Below are positions 18,375 through 27,536 of a DNA stretch of 64,000 bases, piece by piece. This DNA is from an uncultured Anaerolineales bacterium (GTDB lineage Bacteria; Chloroflexota; Anaerolineae; Anaerolineales; UBA11858): the NCBI GenBank assembly GCA_964644835.1, contig CAZXXW010000001.1, positions 46 through 64,045 of the forward strand, read 5' to 3'. A program made the position numbers and the translations under genes. The number at the start of each line of letters is the position of its first letter. Position 1 is the first letter of the stretch. The notes under the pieces were generated by a model that worked only from the letters and a program-made list of their open reading frames with translations, did no database searches and was not told the origin of the DNA.

Positions 18375-18746
18375 TCAACTATCCAATAAATTGGCCTTGC
18401 GCAACGCTGATTCAAGCGCATCAACGGTAGCAGGCTTGATGATCACATCCACGGCGCCCAATTCTTGGGCCCGGGCTGTGGTTTCAGGTTGATCGTCCGA
18501 CGTAATTACAATAACGGGCGTCTCCAAAAATTCAGGGACGCGTTTGAAATAAGAAAATACTTCGAAGCCATCAACGCCGGGCATGTTGATGTCCAAAAAA
18601 ACGACATCGGGCTTCTTATCTTGCAAGGCCATCATCCCGGCTCTGGAGCCATAAGCCGCTCGCGACGAAACATCAAACAGCAACAACAGTTTTCGCAACC
18701 CATCGACCAGATGGCGATTATCATCGATAATCAAAGCATCTATCAT
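18375..18746 (-). CDS. Single-domain response regulator (CheY-like receiver)
   Basis: 123 aa. It has IIDDN, the phospho-acceptor context VVFLDINMPGVDG, TPVIVITS and IIKP. Confidence 0.85.
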   Translation of the reverse strand: MIDALIIDDNRHLVDGLRKLLLLFDVSSRAAYGSRAGMMALQDKKPDVVFLDINMPGVDGFEVFSYFKRVPEFLETPVIVITSDDQPETTARAQELGAVDVIIKPATVDALESALRKANLLDS

Positions 18747-18749
18747 CGT

Positions 18750-20711
18750 TCACTCCATTTCGGCTACAACTTGGCCCATCGGTGTCAGATCATACCCCGG
18801 CAAGGATGCCACCATTGCTCGAAAATCAGGATCGTCCAACACATCCATCAACGGGGCTAGCAATTTTTGATCGGCATACTCTTTAGGGATAATTAAATCA
18901 TACCTTTCCTGAAACAAGGGGAGGAAATCCAAATCGAGCGCATCCGCGGCAGCGGCAATCCCCAAAGCACAATCTGCCCGCTCGGAAGAGACAGCGGCGG
19001 CGACATTCAAATGGGTATATTCTTCCTGTCCATAGCCCTGAATAGCATCCCTGGAAATGCTTTCTTGTTCAAGATGATAATCCAGCAAGATGCGGGTACC
19101 GGCCCCCCGTTGCCGATTCACGAATCTCACATCAGGCTTGGTCAGGTCTTCCAGGCTTTGGATTCCCTTGGGGTTTCCCCGAGGCACCATCAGACCCTGA
19201 TCGCGCCCCACCAGCGAGATCACTCGAACAGGGGTGTCGGGCAAATACTTGCGAATATAAGGGAGATTGTATTCGCCCGTCTCGGGATCCAAGAGATGGG
19301 CCCCAGCCAGGTGAGCTTCACCCCGGCGCAGGGCGACCAGACCACCGATGCTGCCAACGTTAGCGGAAGCGACGCGGCGGTCACGGGTGGCCAAGAACTG
19401 CATGATCACATCGAGGGTGATATCGTGCGAGCCAATCATAAAGATCGTCCGCTCAAGCTCTTTGGGCGAGCGATACAAGCGCACCGTGACGCGTTCTCCC
19501 GCAGGCATGCCCTGGGAGCCGCGCGGTACGACCAGCAAGCCATCCGCCCGGACCAGCGAGGTGATCACCCCGGAGCCGCGCGATAGCGGAGCTGCCAAGG
19601 TCCGCTCACCAACTTTGCCAACCGCCACGCGAATATAGTCATCATCCCCGGCCGGAGAAACCAGCTTGCGGGTGAGCGTGGCCTCGACTTCGACCGGTTC
19701 CATCGGTCTGCGGCCCAGCCAGCGGGCGAGAAGCGGCTCGACAAAAATCTCGCCTGTCAAGGCCGTCGAGACCGGATACCCCGGCACGCCGATGATCGGC
19801 GTCGGCGAGGAACCCTCGCCGATGATGCCCAAAATGACCGGGTGACCCGGGCGGACGGCAACCCCATGTACCAGCAAGGTACCCAGCGCTTCGACGACGC
19901 TGGCCGAGAAATCTTCCGACCCCGCCGAGGAACCGGCATTGAGCAAGACAAGATCATGGTCACCGGCTGCATCGGCAACGCGATCGCGAATCGCTTCGAA
20001 TTCATCGGGGACGATATCGAAGCGCGTCGCCCGACCGCCCCACTGATCCACCTGAGCAGCAAGCATGATCGAGTTGTACTCGATGATGTCGCCCCGCTCG
20101 ACATCCTCGCCGACAGAGACCAACTCGGAGCCCGTGGGGATCACCGCCACCTGGGGGCGGCGAGCCACCTTGACGTGATCGTGGCCGCATCCGGCAATCG
20201 CGCCCAGATCCGGAGGGCGTAGTGTGTGCCCGCCCGGAAGGACGAGTTGGGTAGCGACCATATCCTCACCCATCGGTCGGATGTGCTGCCAGGGGGCGGC
20301 CGCGGCTCGGATGCGAATCGCATCCGGTTGACGGGAATTCGTCGAAATTTCGCCGGCGTCATCCAAGGGTTCCACATTCTCAATCGGGATCACCGCGTTG
20401 GCCCAGGATGGCAACGGGTCGCCGGTGTCTACATACACGGTCTCCGTCTCGTAAGAGAGCACGATCGGCGCGGTTGGCAGGGCGCCCTCTGTATCGACAG
20501 CGCGAACGGCAAAGCCGTCCATCGCCGAGGCGTGATAATGGGGGGATGAAATCTTCGCCCAAATCGGCTCGGCCAGAACGCGGCCGAGGGCGTGTTCGTC
20601 CAAAGGAATCTCTTCGATGCCTAACACGTCGCTCAATCCCGCTTCTTCAAGAGCGGTGTTGAGGCGTTTTTTTGCTTCGGATAAAGGAATATCGTGAAGG
20701 TATACGGTCAT
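18750..20711 (-). CDS. moeA: Molybdopterin molybdotransferase MoeA fused to a C-terminal periplasmic-binding-protein-like (PBP_like) domain
   Basis: 653 aa. The MoeA N, MoCF and C domains are present (SPHYHASAMDGFAV..., LVLLNAGSSAGSEDF, GVPGYPVS). A ~240 aa PBP-like domain follows (MIGSHDITLDV...RQRGAGTRILLD...). Confidence 0.9.
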   Translation of the reverse strand: MTVYLHDIPLSEAKKRLNTALEEAGLSDVLGIEEIPLDEHALGRVLAEPIWAKISSPHYHASAMDGFAVRAVDTEGALPTAPIVLSYETETVYVDTGDPLPSWANAVIPIENVEPLDDAGEISTNSRQPDAIRIRAAAAPWQHIRPMGEDMVATQLVLPGGHTLRPPDLGAIAGCGHDHVKVARRPQVAVIPTGSELVSVGEDVERGDIIEYNSIMLAAQVDQWGGRATRFDIVPDEFEAIRDRVADAAGDHDLVLLNAGSSAGSEDFSASVVEALGTLLVHGVAVRPGHPVILGIIGEGSSPTPIIGVPGYPVSTALTGEIFVEPLLARWLGRRPMEPVEVEATLTRKLVSPAGDDDYIRVAVGKVGERTLAAPLSRGSGVITSLVRADGLLVVPRGSQGMPAGERVTVRLYRSPKELERTIFMIGSHDITLDVIMQFLATRDRRVASANVGSIGGLVALRRGEAHLAGAHLLDPETGEYNLPYIRKYLPDTPVRVISLVGRDQGLMVPRGNPKGIQSLEDLTKPDVRFVNRQRGAGTRILLDYHLEQESISRDAIQGYGQEEYTHLNVAAAVSSERADCALGIAAAADALDLDFLPLFQERYDLIIPKEYADQKLLAPLMDVLDDPDFRAMVASLPGYDLTPMGQVVAEME

Positions 20712-20765
20712 AAGTGTGAAGTTTTATGTGCGAGGTGCAGTGTGCGAATTATCAACGGGATTGTA

Positions 20766-21158
20766 TCACGAGCTTGGCGAATCAATCTGATGGCCTGCTT
20801 GTTCCAACGCGTCGAGAGCGGTAGGCAGATCGGCAGATTTAACCAGCAAATAATCGGTGTCGAAGGTCGAGAGGGCGAAAATACTCACGCCCGCCTGGGC
20901 CAACGTTCCGGCCAAATTGGCGAGCACACCGACAAGAGAGAAACCCAAAGGGCCGCGCACTTTCAGGGCTCGCCAATCACCTTCGACGCGGATGTCGTCA
21001 GGAAGCTGGTCCGTCTCTTCGCAGACAATCGAAAGTTCGTCGACGGTGCGAATCAAAGCGAGTAAATTCTCCCCGCGGGCCCAAGCGGGAAACGGTGCCT
21101 CAGCGGGCAACCGGCAGATCATAAAACTGGCGGGGAGCAACGCGAGCGCAAAAGGCAT
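20766..21158 (-). CDS. ACT domain-containing protein (ACT_7-like)
   Basis: 130 aa. The sequence is ...FMICRL...LALIRTVDELSIVCEE...WRALKVRGPLGFSLVGVLANLAGTLAQAGVSIFALSTFDTDYLLVK. Confidence 0.7.
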   Translation of the reverse strand: MPFALALLPASFMICRLPAEAPFPAWARGENLLALIRTVDELSIVCEETDQLPDDIRVEGDWRALKVRGPLGFSLVGVLANLAGTLAQAGVSIFALSTFDTDYLLVKSADLPTALDALEQAGHQIDSPSS

Positions 21159-21164
21159 CGACGT

Positions 21165-22394
21165 TCAGGTTAAAACGACGTCAACACGCTCGCCGGCCGA
21201 GAGGCCGGTCGCATCGGCGGGGATGCGCACCAAACCGTCGGCACGGGCGAGGATGAAAATCAGATTGCTTTTCCCAAATATCGGCTCGGCCTGATAGCCA
21301 TCTTCCGTCTGCCGCAAGATCACCGGGACCCAATCTTCCCGACCGGCCTGGGAGGCAAGGTTGACGGTCAATTGCGCCGGGATGGTCGCCTGGAGACGAG
21401 GCTGCTCGCCGAGCAGGGCGCGGATCACGGGGACGACAAACAAGCGGATGTTGACCAACGCGCTGACCGGGTTGCCCGGCAGTCCAATCATGGCCACCCC
21501 ATCGCAAACGGCCAAAATCGTCGGTTTGCCGGGACGAGTGTTGACGCCATGGACCAAAACACCCGGCTCTCCCAGTTGATCCAAAATCTCGGCGGTCAAG
21601 TCACGGGCGCTGGCCGACGACCCGGCGGTGACGACGACCAGGTCGCATTCCCTTTGAGCCTGGGAGGCAGCTTGGTACATGGCTTCACGCGTGTCGGCAA
21701 CAATGCCGTAAAGCCGCACTTGACCACCGGCGGCCTCTACCGCGGCGCTGAGGGTGTAGGAGTTAATGTCACGAACCTGTCCGGGTTTGGGGCGCTGCTC
21801 CGGGGGAATGACTTCATCGCCGCTGGAGATGATCCCAACGCGCGGCTTGCAGGCGACATCCACCTGCATGACGCCCAACGCCATCAAGCCCCCAATTTCA
21901 GCAGGGCGCAATTTTCGTCCCGCGGGGATCACTTCGGCCCCTTGTTGGACATCTTCGCCCACTTCGATCACATTTTCGCCCACGGCCACGGCCCGGAGCA
22001 CTTCGATCTCGCCGGAGCGGGCTTGCTGAGTGTATTCCAGCATCACGGCGGCATCGGCACCATTGGGCAGCATCCCGCCGGTGTGAATCAGGGCACACTC
22101 TCCGCTCGCCAGAGTCAGATCTGGGGCGGCGCCCATGGGCACTTCGCCGACCAGTTCCAAATAGGCAGGCAGGCTTTCGCTGGCGCCATGGGTATCGGCG
22201 GCGCGGACGGCATAGCCATCGACGGTCGTGCGGGGGAATTCTGGCAAGGGGTGAGGGGCCAAAACCGGCCCGGCGGTCACCCGTCCCAGGGCAGCTTGGC
22301 TGGCGATTTGCTCGGCATTTATTTTTATGGGCAGGTGAGCAAGCAGTTTCGCCAGGGCTTCTTGGGGGGGGAGTAAGTTGAGAAATTCAGGCAT
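21165..22394 (-). CDS. moeA: Molybdopterin molybdotransferase MoeA
   Basis: 409 aa. It has PEFPRTTVDGYAV, LVVVTAGSSASARD, GLPGNPVSA and a C-terminal beta-barrel. Confidence 0.9.
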   Translation of the reverse strand: MPEFLNLLPPQEALAKLLAHLPIKINAEQIASQAALGRVTAGPVLAPHPLPEFPRTTVDGYAVRAADTHGASESLPAYLELVGEVPMGAAPDLTLASGECALIHTGGMLPNGADAAVMLEYTQQARSGEIEVLRAVAVGENVIEVGEDVQQGAEVIPAGRKLRPAEIGGLMALGVMQVDVACKPRVGIISSGDEVIPPEQRPKPGQVRDINSYTLSAAVEAAGGQVRLYGIVADTREAMYQAASQAQRECDLVVVTAGSSASARDLTAEILDQLGEPGVLVHGVNTRPGKPTILAVCDGVAMIGLPGNPVSALVNIRLFVVPVIRALLGEQPRLQATIPAQLTVNLASQAGREDWVPVILRQTEDGYQAEPIFGKSNLIFILARADGLVRIPADATGLSAGERVDVVLT

Positions 22395-22448
22395 AGGTGC
22401 AAGTTACAAGTGGCAAGTTAAAAGTGGGCAGGTTAGAAGTGGCTCGGA

Positions 22449-23333
22449 TTAGCGGATCCAGAAGGTCAAGGTGAGCAAATAGGCCGTCAGGCCAAATAAG
22501 GAGATCGAGAGCCAGCGGAGCAGTTTCCAGTTCGGTTTAGCACCCGCCGCAATCCGAGATAAATACCAGATTTCGAGCAAGCCTAAAGGCAAAGTCAGAA
22601 ACGCGGGCATGGCAATGATGGTGGGCAAGCCCATCAGCATGGCGACGGCAAAGAAAAAATACGCCGCCAAAATGGCGATATTGATCCATCTCATCGCTTG
22701 TTCCCAGCCGAGATGGACTGCCAGGCTGGGGATTTTCGCTTTTTGATCGCGGGCATAGCTGGGAAAACGCATTGCCAGCAAGATGGCAAAATGAAGCCAG
22801 GTCAGAGGAAAGGTGCTCATCGACACGAGGCGGTGCAAGCCACCGGCCTGGAGTGAAAAAGCGAGCGCAGGAATCAAGCTGACATACCCTATGGACAAGA
22901 TCAGTTCGCGGAAGGAACTGCGGGCGAACTGCAGCGGAGGGACAGCGCTGGTCAACGCACCGATCAGCAACAAGATCATCAGCACCCAGGAGGCAACGTT
23001 CAGGCTGCCTGCAGCGATCAACGCAATGGTCATCGAGGCGAGAACAGCTAAAAAGGTGAGGCCAACCCACAAGGGAGTCTGCTCAACCAGATTCTGGCCT
23101 AGATTCCTGGGACTAAAGCGATCATCCTGATCTTGAAAATAATCGAAAAGATAACCGGCCCCAATTTGCAAAGAGAAAATCCAGACAAAGCCCAAAAGGG
23201 CTGTATCCCAATCAATGATCGTGCCCAAATAATCAGCAATCCCCACCCCAAGGGCATACACCAAAATAATATCTATCAGCAGCAGGGGGTGCAGGGGGTG
23301 GAGCAGTCGTTCTCTGATTTCGCTTTGATTCAT
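22449..23333 (-). CDS. Polytopic membrane protein, UbiA-prenyltransferase-like with weak Asp-rich motifs
   Basis: It has about 8-9 TM helices. FDYFQDQDD sits where the first NDxxDxxxD motif would be. RDQKAKIPSLAVHLG resembles the second motif (D..D..G..TLAV.LG). I prefer the start at ATG 23333. Confidence 0.5.
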   Translation of the reverse strand: MNQSEIRERLLHPLHPLLLIDIILVYALGVGIADYLGTIIDWDTALLGFVWIFSLQIGAGYLFDYFQDQDDRFSPRNLGQNLVEQTPLWVGLTFLAVLASMTIALIAAGSLNVASWVLMILLLIGALTSAVPPLQFARSSFRELILSIGYVSLIPALAFSLQAGGLHRLVSMSTFPLTWLHFAILLAMRFPSYARDQKAKIPSLAVHLGWEQAMRWINIAILAAYFFFAVAMLMGLPTIIAMPAFLTLPLGLLEIWYLSRIAAGAKPNWKLLRWLSISLFGLTAYLLTLTFWIR

Positions 23334-23499
23334 GAAAGCAGTGATCCTAGCGGATTTTAGTTTAACGAATGTAAGCACGGATAGTATACCCGATTTCGTG
23401 TTATAATCGGCTCATTGAATATAAGATCGATATTAACCCTTGAGCAAAGAAAGCCAAGCGGTTTGTTTTTCTGGATAATCAGATCAAGAGGAGCGCCAC

Positions 23500-24603
23500 A
23501 TGGCCGATCTTCGTTTAACGAAACTTGCTGACCTGCTGGTCAATTATTCCGTTGCCATCCAACCGGGGGATTGGGTTGTCGTGCGTGGTGACGTGATCTC
23601 GGAGCCCCTGGTCACCGAGGTGGTTCGCCGCGTTGTCAGGGCAGGAGGCAAACCAACCATCCTGGTCAGCAGCGACGGAATCACCGAGGCATTTATGAGC
23701 GAGGCCGGTGACAAACAACTAAAATGGGTCTCTCCAGTCAGCAAGATGCTCTACGACGACGCCGACGTGTTCATCAACATCCGGGCGACGAGCAATACCC
23801 GTTCCTTGACGGGGATTGACCCCGAAAAAGAGCGTATTCGGGCCGTTGCCCAACGTGAATTGACCGAAACGTTCATGCAGCGTTCGGCGACTAAAGACCT
23901 TCGCTGGGTGCTGACCCAATACCCCTGCCCGGCCTATGCCCAGGAAGCAGACATGAGTTTGCGTGAATTCGAGGATTTCGTCTACGGTGCCGTGTTTGCC
24001 GATAAGGACGATCCCATCGCCGAATGGCAAAAAATCCATGATCAGCAAGCAAAAATCATCGAGTGGCTAAAAGGGAAAAAGATCGTTACCGTCAAGAGCC
24101 CCAATGCCGACTTGAGCCTTTCGATCGAGGGGCGAACGTTTGTCAACTCGGACGGCAAGAACAACATGCCCAGCGGAGAAATCTTCACCGGACCGGTTGA
24201 GGATTCCGCCAATGGATGGGTCGAATTTACCTACCCAGCCATCCGTGGCGGACGCGAGGTCGACGGCGTCCGGCTCGAATTCGAAGACGGCAAAGTGGTC
24301 AAGGCCAGCGCCGAGAAAAACGAGGACTATTTGATCAGCCAGTTGGACAGCGACGAAGGCTCCCGCTATCTGGGAGAATTCGCCATTGGCACCAATTACG
24401 GCATCCAACAATTCACCAAGAGCATCCTCTTCGATGAGAAAATCGGCGGCTCGTTCCACATGGCCGTCGGAGCAGGCTACCCCGAAACCGGCAGCAAGAA
24501 CAAATCCAGCATCCACTGGGACTTCATCTGCGACATCAAAGAAGACAGTGAAGTCCGCGCGGATGGTGAATTGCTTTACAAAGACGGCGAATTCCAGATC
24601 TAA
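23500..24603 (+). CDS. Aminopeptidase, M29 (AmpS/PepS/aminopeptidase T) family
   Basis: 367 aa. The N-terminus LTKLADLLVNYSVAIQPGDWVVV is typical. GEIFTGP, EFAIGTN and HWDFI are present. Confidence 0.9.
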   Translation: MADLRLTKLADLLVNYSVAIQPGDWVVVRGDVISEPLVTEVVRRVVRAGGKPTILVSSDGITEAFMSEAGDKQLKWVSPVSKMLYDDADVFINIRATSNTRSLTGIDPEKERIRAVAQRELTETFMQRSATKDLRWVLTQYPCPAYAQEADMSLREFEDFVYGAVFADKDDPIAEWQKIHDQQAKIIEWLKGKKIVTVKSPNADLSLSIEGRTFVNSDGKNNMPSGEIFTGPVEDSANGWVEFTYPAIRGGREVDGVRLEFEDGKVVKASAEKNEDYLISQLDSDEGSRYLGEFAIGTNYGIQQFTKSILFDEKIGGSFHMAVGAGYPETGSKNKSSIHWDFICDIKEDSEVRADGELLYKDGEFQI

Positions 24604-24611
24604 AAAATTGC

Positions 24612-24641
24612 TTGTACATCTTCAAATTACCCTGGTATAAT
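24612..24641 (+). promoter_or_regulatory. Sigma-70-type promoter for tRNA-Thr
   Basis: The promoter reads TTGTAC (24612..24617), 18 nt, extended -10 TGgTATAAT (24633..24641). The tRNA 5' end lies 10 nt downstream. Confidence 0.6.
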
Positions 24642-24650
24642 TTCGCCCGC

Positions 24651-24722
24651 GCCACCGTAGCTCAATGGTAGAGCAATCGCTTCGTAAGCGATAGGTTATG
24701 GGTTCGATTCCCATCGGTGGCT
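24651..24722 (+). tRNA. tRNA-Thr (anticodon CGU)
   Basis: Hand-folded cloverleaf: acceptor GCCACCG/CGGTGGC, D arm GCTC-AATGGTA-GAGC, anticodon arm ATCGC-TTCGTAA-GCGAT, variable loop AGGTT, T arm ATGGG-TTCGATT-CCCAT, discriminator T. No CCA is encoded. Confidence 0.9.
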
Positions 24723-24766
24723 CTTTTCGCGTCGAAAAGTTCATCAACTTCCAGTATAATTCTTCT

Positions 24767-25426
24767 ATGCCTGCACCGAAAACTCCCCCTCCCATTGTGA
24801 TTGGTATTGCTGGCGGCACCGGCTCGGGAAAAACGACCGTCGCCGACGTGATCCTCGACAAGGTTGGTAGAGAGAAAATCGCCTACCTGCCTCATGACGC
24901 CTATTACCGCGATTTGAGCCACCTTCCGGAAGACAAACGCATCAAGATCAATTTCGACCATCCCGACTCGCTGGAAACATCCTTGCTGATCGAACACATC
25001 GATCAGTTGAAGCAATGGCAGCCGATCAATCTGCCCATCTACGATTTCAAAACCCATACGCGCACATCCAAAAGCGAACAGATCGAACCGCGCAGCGTCA
25101 TCTTCGTTGAAGGAATCCTCATTTTCGCCGAGCCCAAACTTCGCGAAATGTTCGATGTCAAAATCTACGTGGATACCGATGCCGACATTCGCTTCATCAG
25201 ACGGCTGCAACGGGATATATCCGAGCGCGGTCGCACCACCCAGTCGGTGATCAAGCAATATCTGACCACCGTTCGACCGATGCACCTTGAATTTGTCGAG
25301 CCCTCCAAGCGATATGCCGACATCATCATCCCTGAGGGAGGCTTCAACACCGTCGCGATGGACATCATCATCGCCCGGATTGAAGGTTTGCTCCCCACAA
25401 CCGACAACCAGGAAGGCTGTCCATGA
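24767..25426 (+). CDS. udk: Uridine kinase
   Basis: The P-loop is IGIAGGTGSGKTT. It is followed by DHPDS, DFKTHTR and IFVEGIL. ATG 24767 was chosen because the longer ORF overlaps the tRNA. Confidence 0.95.
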   Translation: MPAPKTPPPIVIGIAGGTGSGKTTVADVILDKVGREKIAYLPHDAYYRDLSHLPEDKRIKINFDHPDSLETSLLIEHIDQLKQWQPINLPIYDFKTHTRTSKSEQIEPRSVIFVEGILIFAEPKLREMFDVKIYVDTDADIRFIRRLQRDISERGRTTQSVIKQYLTTVRPMHLEFVEPSKRYADIIIPEGGFNTVAMDIIIARIEGLLPTTDNQEGCP

Positions 25427-25968
25427 AAATAGAAGGCCGCTGGCTGACCTTAACCCGCCTGCTCGCCCTGATCATCGTCATTGCCATCACGGTCTTCGTT
25501 TACACAATTAGAGATCGCGCTGAAGAATTAGCCGTCTACGGATACCCGGGCATTTTTCTGATTGCCCTGCTGACCAACGCGACCGTCTTTCTGCCAGCAC
25601 CGGGGGTCGCCGTCGTCTTCGCCATGGGCACCGTTTTCAACCCCGTCTTCGTGGGTATCGCCGCCGGTGCGGGCGGCGCGCTGGGAGAGATTTCCGGCTA
25701 TCTGGCCGGTTTCAGCGGCCAGGCGATCATCGAACGGGCCAAATTGTACAAACGCTTGACCCGCTGGGTCGAAAAGAACGGTTTTCTGACCATCCTCCTT
25801 TTGGCGGCGATCCCCAACCCGACCTTCGACGTCGCTGGTGTCGCTGCCGGGGCACTCAAAATGGCCATGCCCAAGTTTATGCTCGCCGTGTGGATTGGCG
25901 TGACCATCAAAATGATCATCTTCGCCTATGCGGGCGCTTACTCGATCACTTGGCTAATAAGAGAATGA
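25423..25968 (+). CDS. VTT-domain (DedA/YqaA-like) membrane protein
   Basis: 181 aa. It has LPAPG, GGALGEISGYLAGFSG and PNPTFDVAGVAAGALKM. The ATGA overlap with udk indicates coupling. Confidence 0.7.
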   Translation: MKIEGRWLTLTRLLALIIVIAITVFVYTIRDRAEELAVYGYPGIFLIALLTNATVFLPAPGVAVVFAMGTVFNPVFVGIAAGAGGALGEISGYLAGFSGQAIIERAKLYKRLTRWVEKNGFLTILLLAAIPNPTFDVAGVAAGALKMAMPKFMLAVWIGVTIKMIIFAYAGAYSITWLIRE

Positions 25969-26043
25969 TCGACACAAGCACCCCAGGGGGGAAGTCATCA
26001 CAGGCAACACATCCAACCAGAAATGAGAATACCAGGAGAATCG

Positions 26044-27405
26044 ATGACCGACTATACATCTTTGGATCATTACGTTGAAAACAATCTGGACGCGAGCATC
26101 GCCGAGCTTTCTCGATTTTGCGCCCAACCGAGCGTCGCCGCGCAGGATTGGGGCATGGAAGAAACCGCCCAACTTGTCACCGAGATGCTCACCCGCCGCG
26201 GCTTCGACGCTCAAATCCACCCCACGGAAGGTGCTCCCGTTGTTGTCGCCAAACGGGCCGGGAAACAGACCAACAAAACCCTGCTCTTCTACAACCATTA
26301 TGACGTTCAGCCCCCAGAACCTCTGGAGCTGTGGGAGAGTCCCCCATTTGAGCCCACGCTCCGGGATGGCAAACTCTACGCCCGCGGCGTCAGCGATGAC
26401 AAAGGCCACATCACCAGCCGCCTGATGGCGGTCGACGCCCTGCTCGACCGGGAGGGTGACCTGCCCTGCAACGTCAAATTCGTCATCGAAGGCGAGGAGG
26501 AAGTCGGCAGTGTTCATCTGCCCGACTTCATCGAGAATAACCAAGAACTGCTCGCCGCCGATGCCTGCGTGTGGGAATTCGGCCATCTCGACCACCGCGG
26601 CGTGCCGATGCAATACGTCGGCCTGCGGGGGATCTGCTACGTAGAACTCTCGGTCAAGACCGCCGACATCGACGTGCACTCCGGGATTGGCGGCTCGATC
26701 TTCCCCAACGCGGCCTGGCGGCTGGTTTGGGCCTTGAACACGCTCAAAGACGAGGACGAGCAGATCCAACTGCCCGGATTCTACGACCCGGTGCAACCAC
26801 CCAGCGAGCAAGACCGAGCGTTGATGGCAGCCCTACCCGACGTCGCCGATGAATATAAGGAGCGATACGGCATCGAACGCTTCCTCAAAGGGATGACCGG
26901 CGTCGATTTGCGCATCGGCGAAGTGTTCAAACCGACCTGCACGATCTGCGGCCTGACCTCGGGATACCAGGGCAAAGGTTCCAAAACCGTGCTCCCGGCC
27001 GAAGCATCCGCCAAGGTCGATTTCCGCCTGGTACCGGATCAGACTCCGGAACAGGTGCTGGAGCAATTACGCGCGCACCTGGACGCGGGCGGATTCTCCG
27101 ATGTGGAGATCACCTACCTGGGTGGAGGCCCCGCCGCCAGAACAGACCCTGACGACCCCTTCATCCAGCTTACTTGCGAGACCGCCGAAGATGTCTACGG
27201 CGTCCCGATGCAAATCGTCCCGATGGTCGGCGGATCCGGACCTAACTACCCCTTCGTGCACGTGCTCGGGCAACCTGTGGCCACCGTCGGCATCGGCTAT
27301 CCGGGCACGAAAAGTCACGCTCCCAACGAAAATGTTCGCCTGGACCTTTATCTCAAAGGTGCCAAGCACATCGTTCGGATTCTCAAGGCGTTTGCCCAGG
27401 GATAA
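26044..27405 (+). CDS. M20 family metallopeptidase (dipeptidase/ArgE-DapE-like)
   Basis: It has LLFYNHYDVQP, YARGVSDDKGH and GEEEVGS. ATG 26044 has an AGGAGA SD. Confidence 0.9.
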   Translation: MTDYTSLDHYVENNLDASIAELSRFCAQPSVAAQDWGMEETAQLVTEMLTRRGFDAQIHPTEGAPVVVAKRAGKQTNKTLLFYNHYDVQPPEPLELWESPPFEPTLRDGKLYARGVSDDKGHITSRLMAVDALLDREGDLPCNVKFVIEGEEEVGSVHLPDFIENNQELLAADACVWEFGHLDHRGVPMQYVGLRGICYVELSVKTADIDVHSGIGGSIFPNAAWRLVWALNTLKDEDEQIQLPGFYDPVQPPSEQDRALMAALPDVADEYKERYGIERFLKGMTGVDLRIGEVFKPTCTICGLTSGYQGKGSKTVLPAEASAKVDFRLVPDQTPEQVLEQLRAHLDAGGFSDVEITYLGGGPAARTDPDDPFIQLTCETAEDVYGVPMQIVPMVGGSGPNYPFVHVLGQPVATVGIGYPGTKSHAPNENVRLDLYLKGAKHIVRILKAFAQG

Positions 27406-27536
27406 CAAATGGCGCATGAACAACCGGCCACGAAAATATTTCGCGTGGCTTCTTGACCAATGATAAAAACTGATCAAAGGAGATGAAGACAAACCGTTAA
27501 TTCATCGGCTAACTCTCATCATTACTGGTATGTTTT

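Noticed and set aside
21372-22376. 334 aa plus-strand ORF
   Set aside because: It is antisense to moeA (21165..22394). Its G/R/A-rich composition is typical of a high-GC shadow ORF.
24651-24722. tRNA-Thr as an integration site for a mobile element. Separately, the 24698 start for udk
   Set aside because: No integrase, direct repeat of the tRNA 3' end, or composition shift flanks the tRNA. The 24698 start would translate through the tRNA gene, so ATG 24767 is used for udk.
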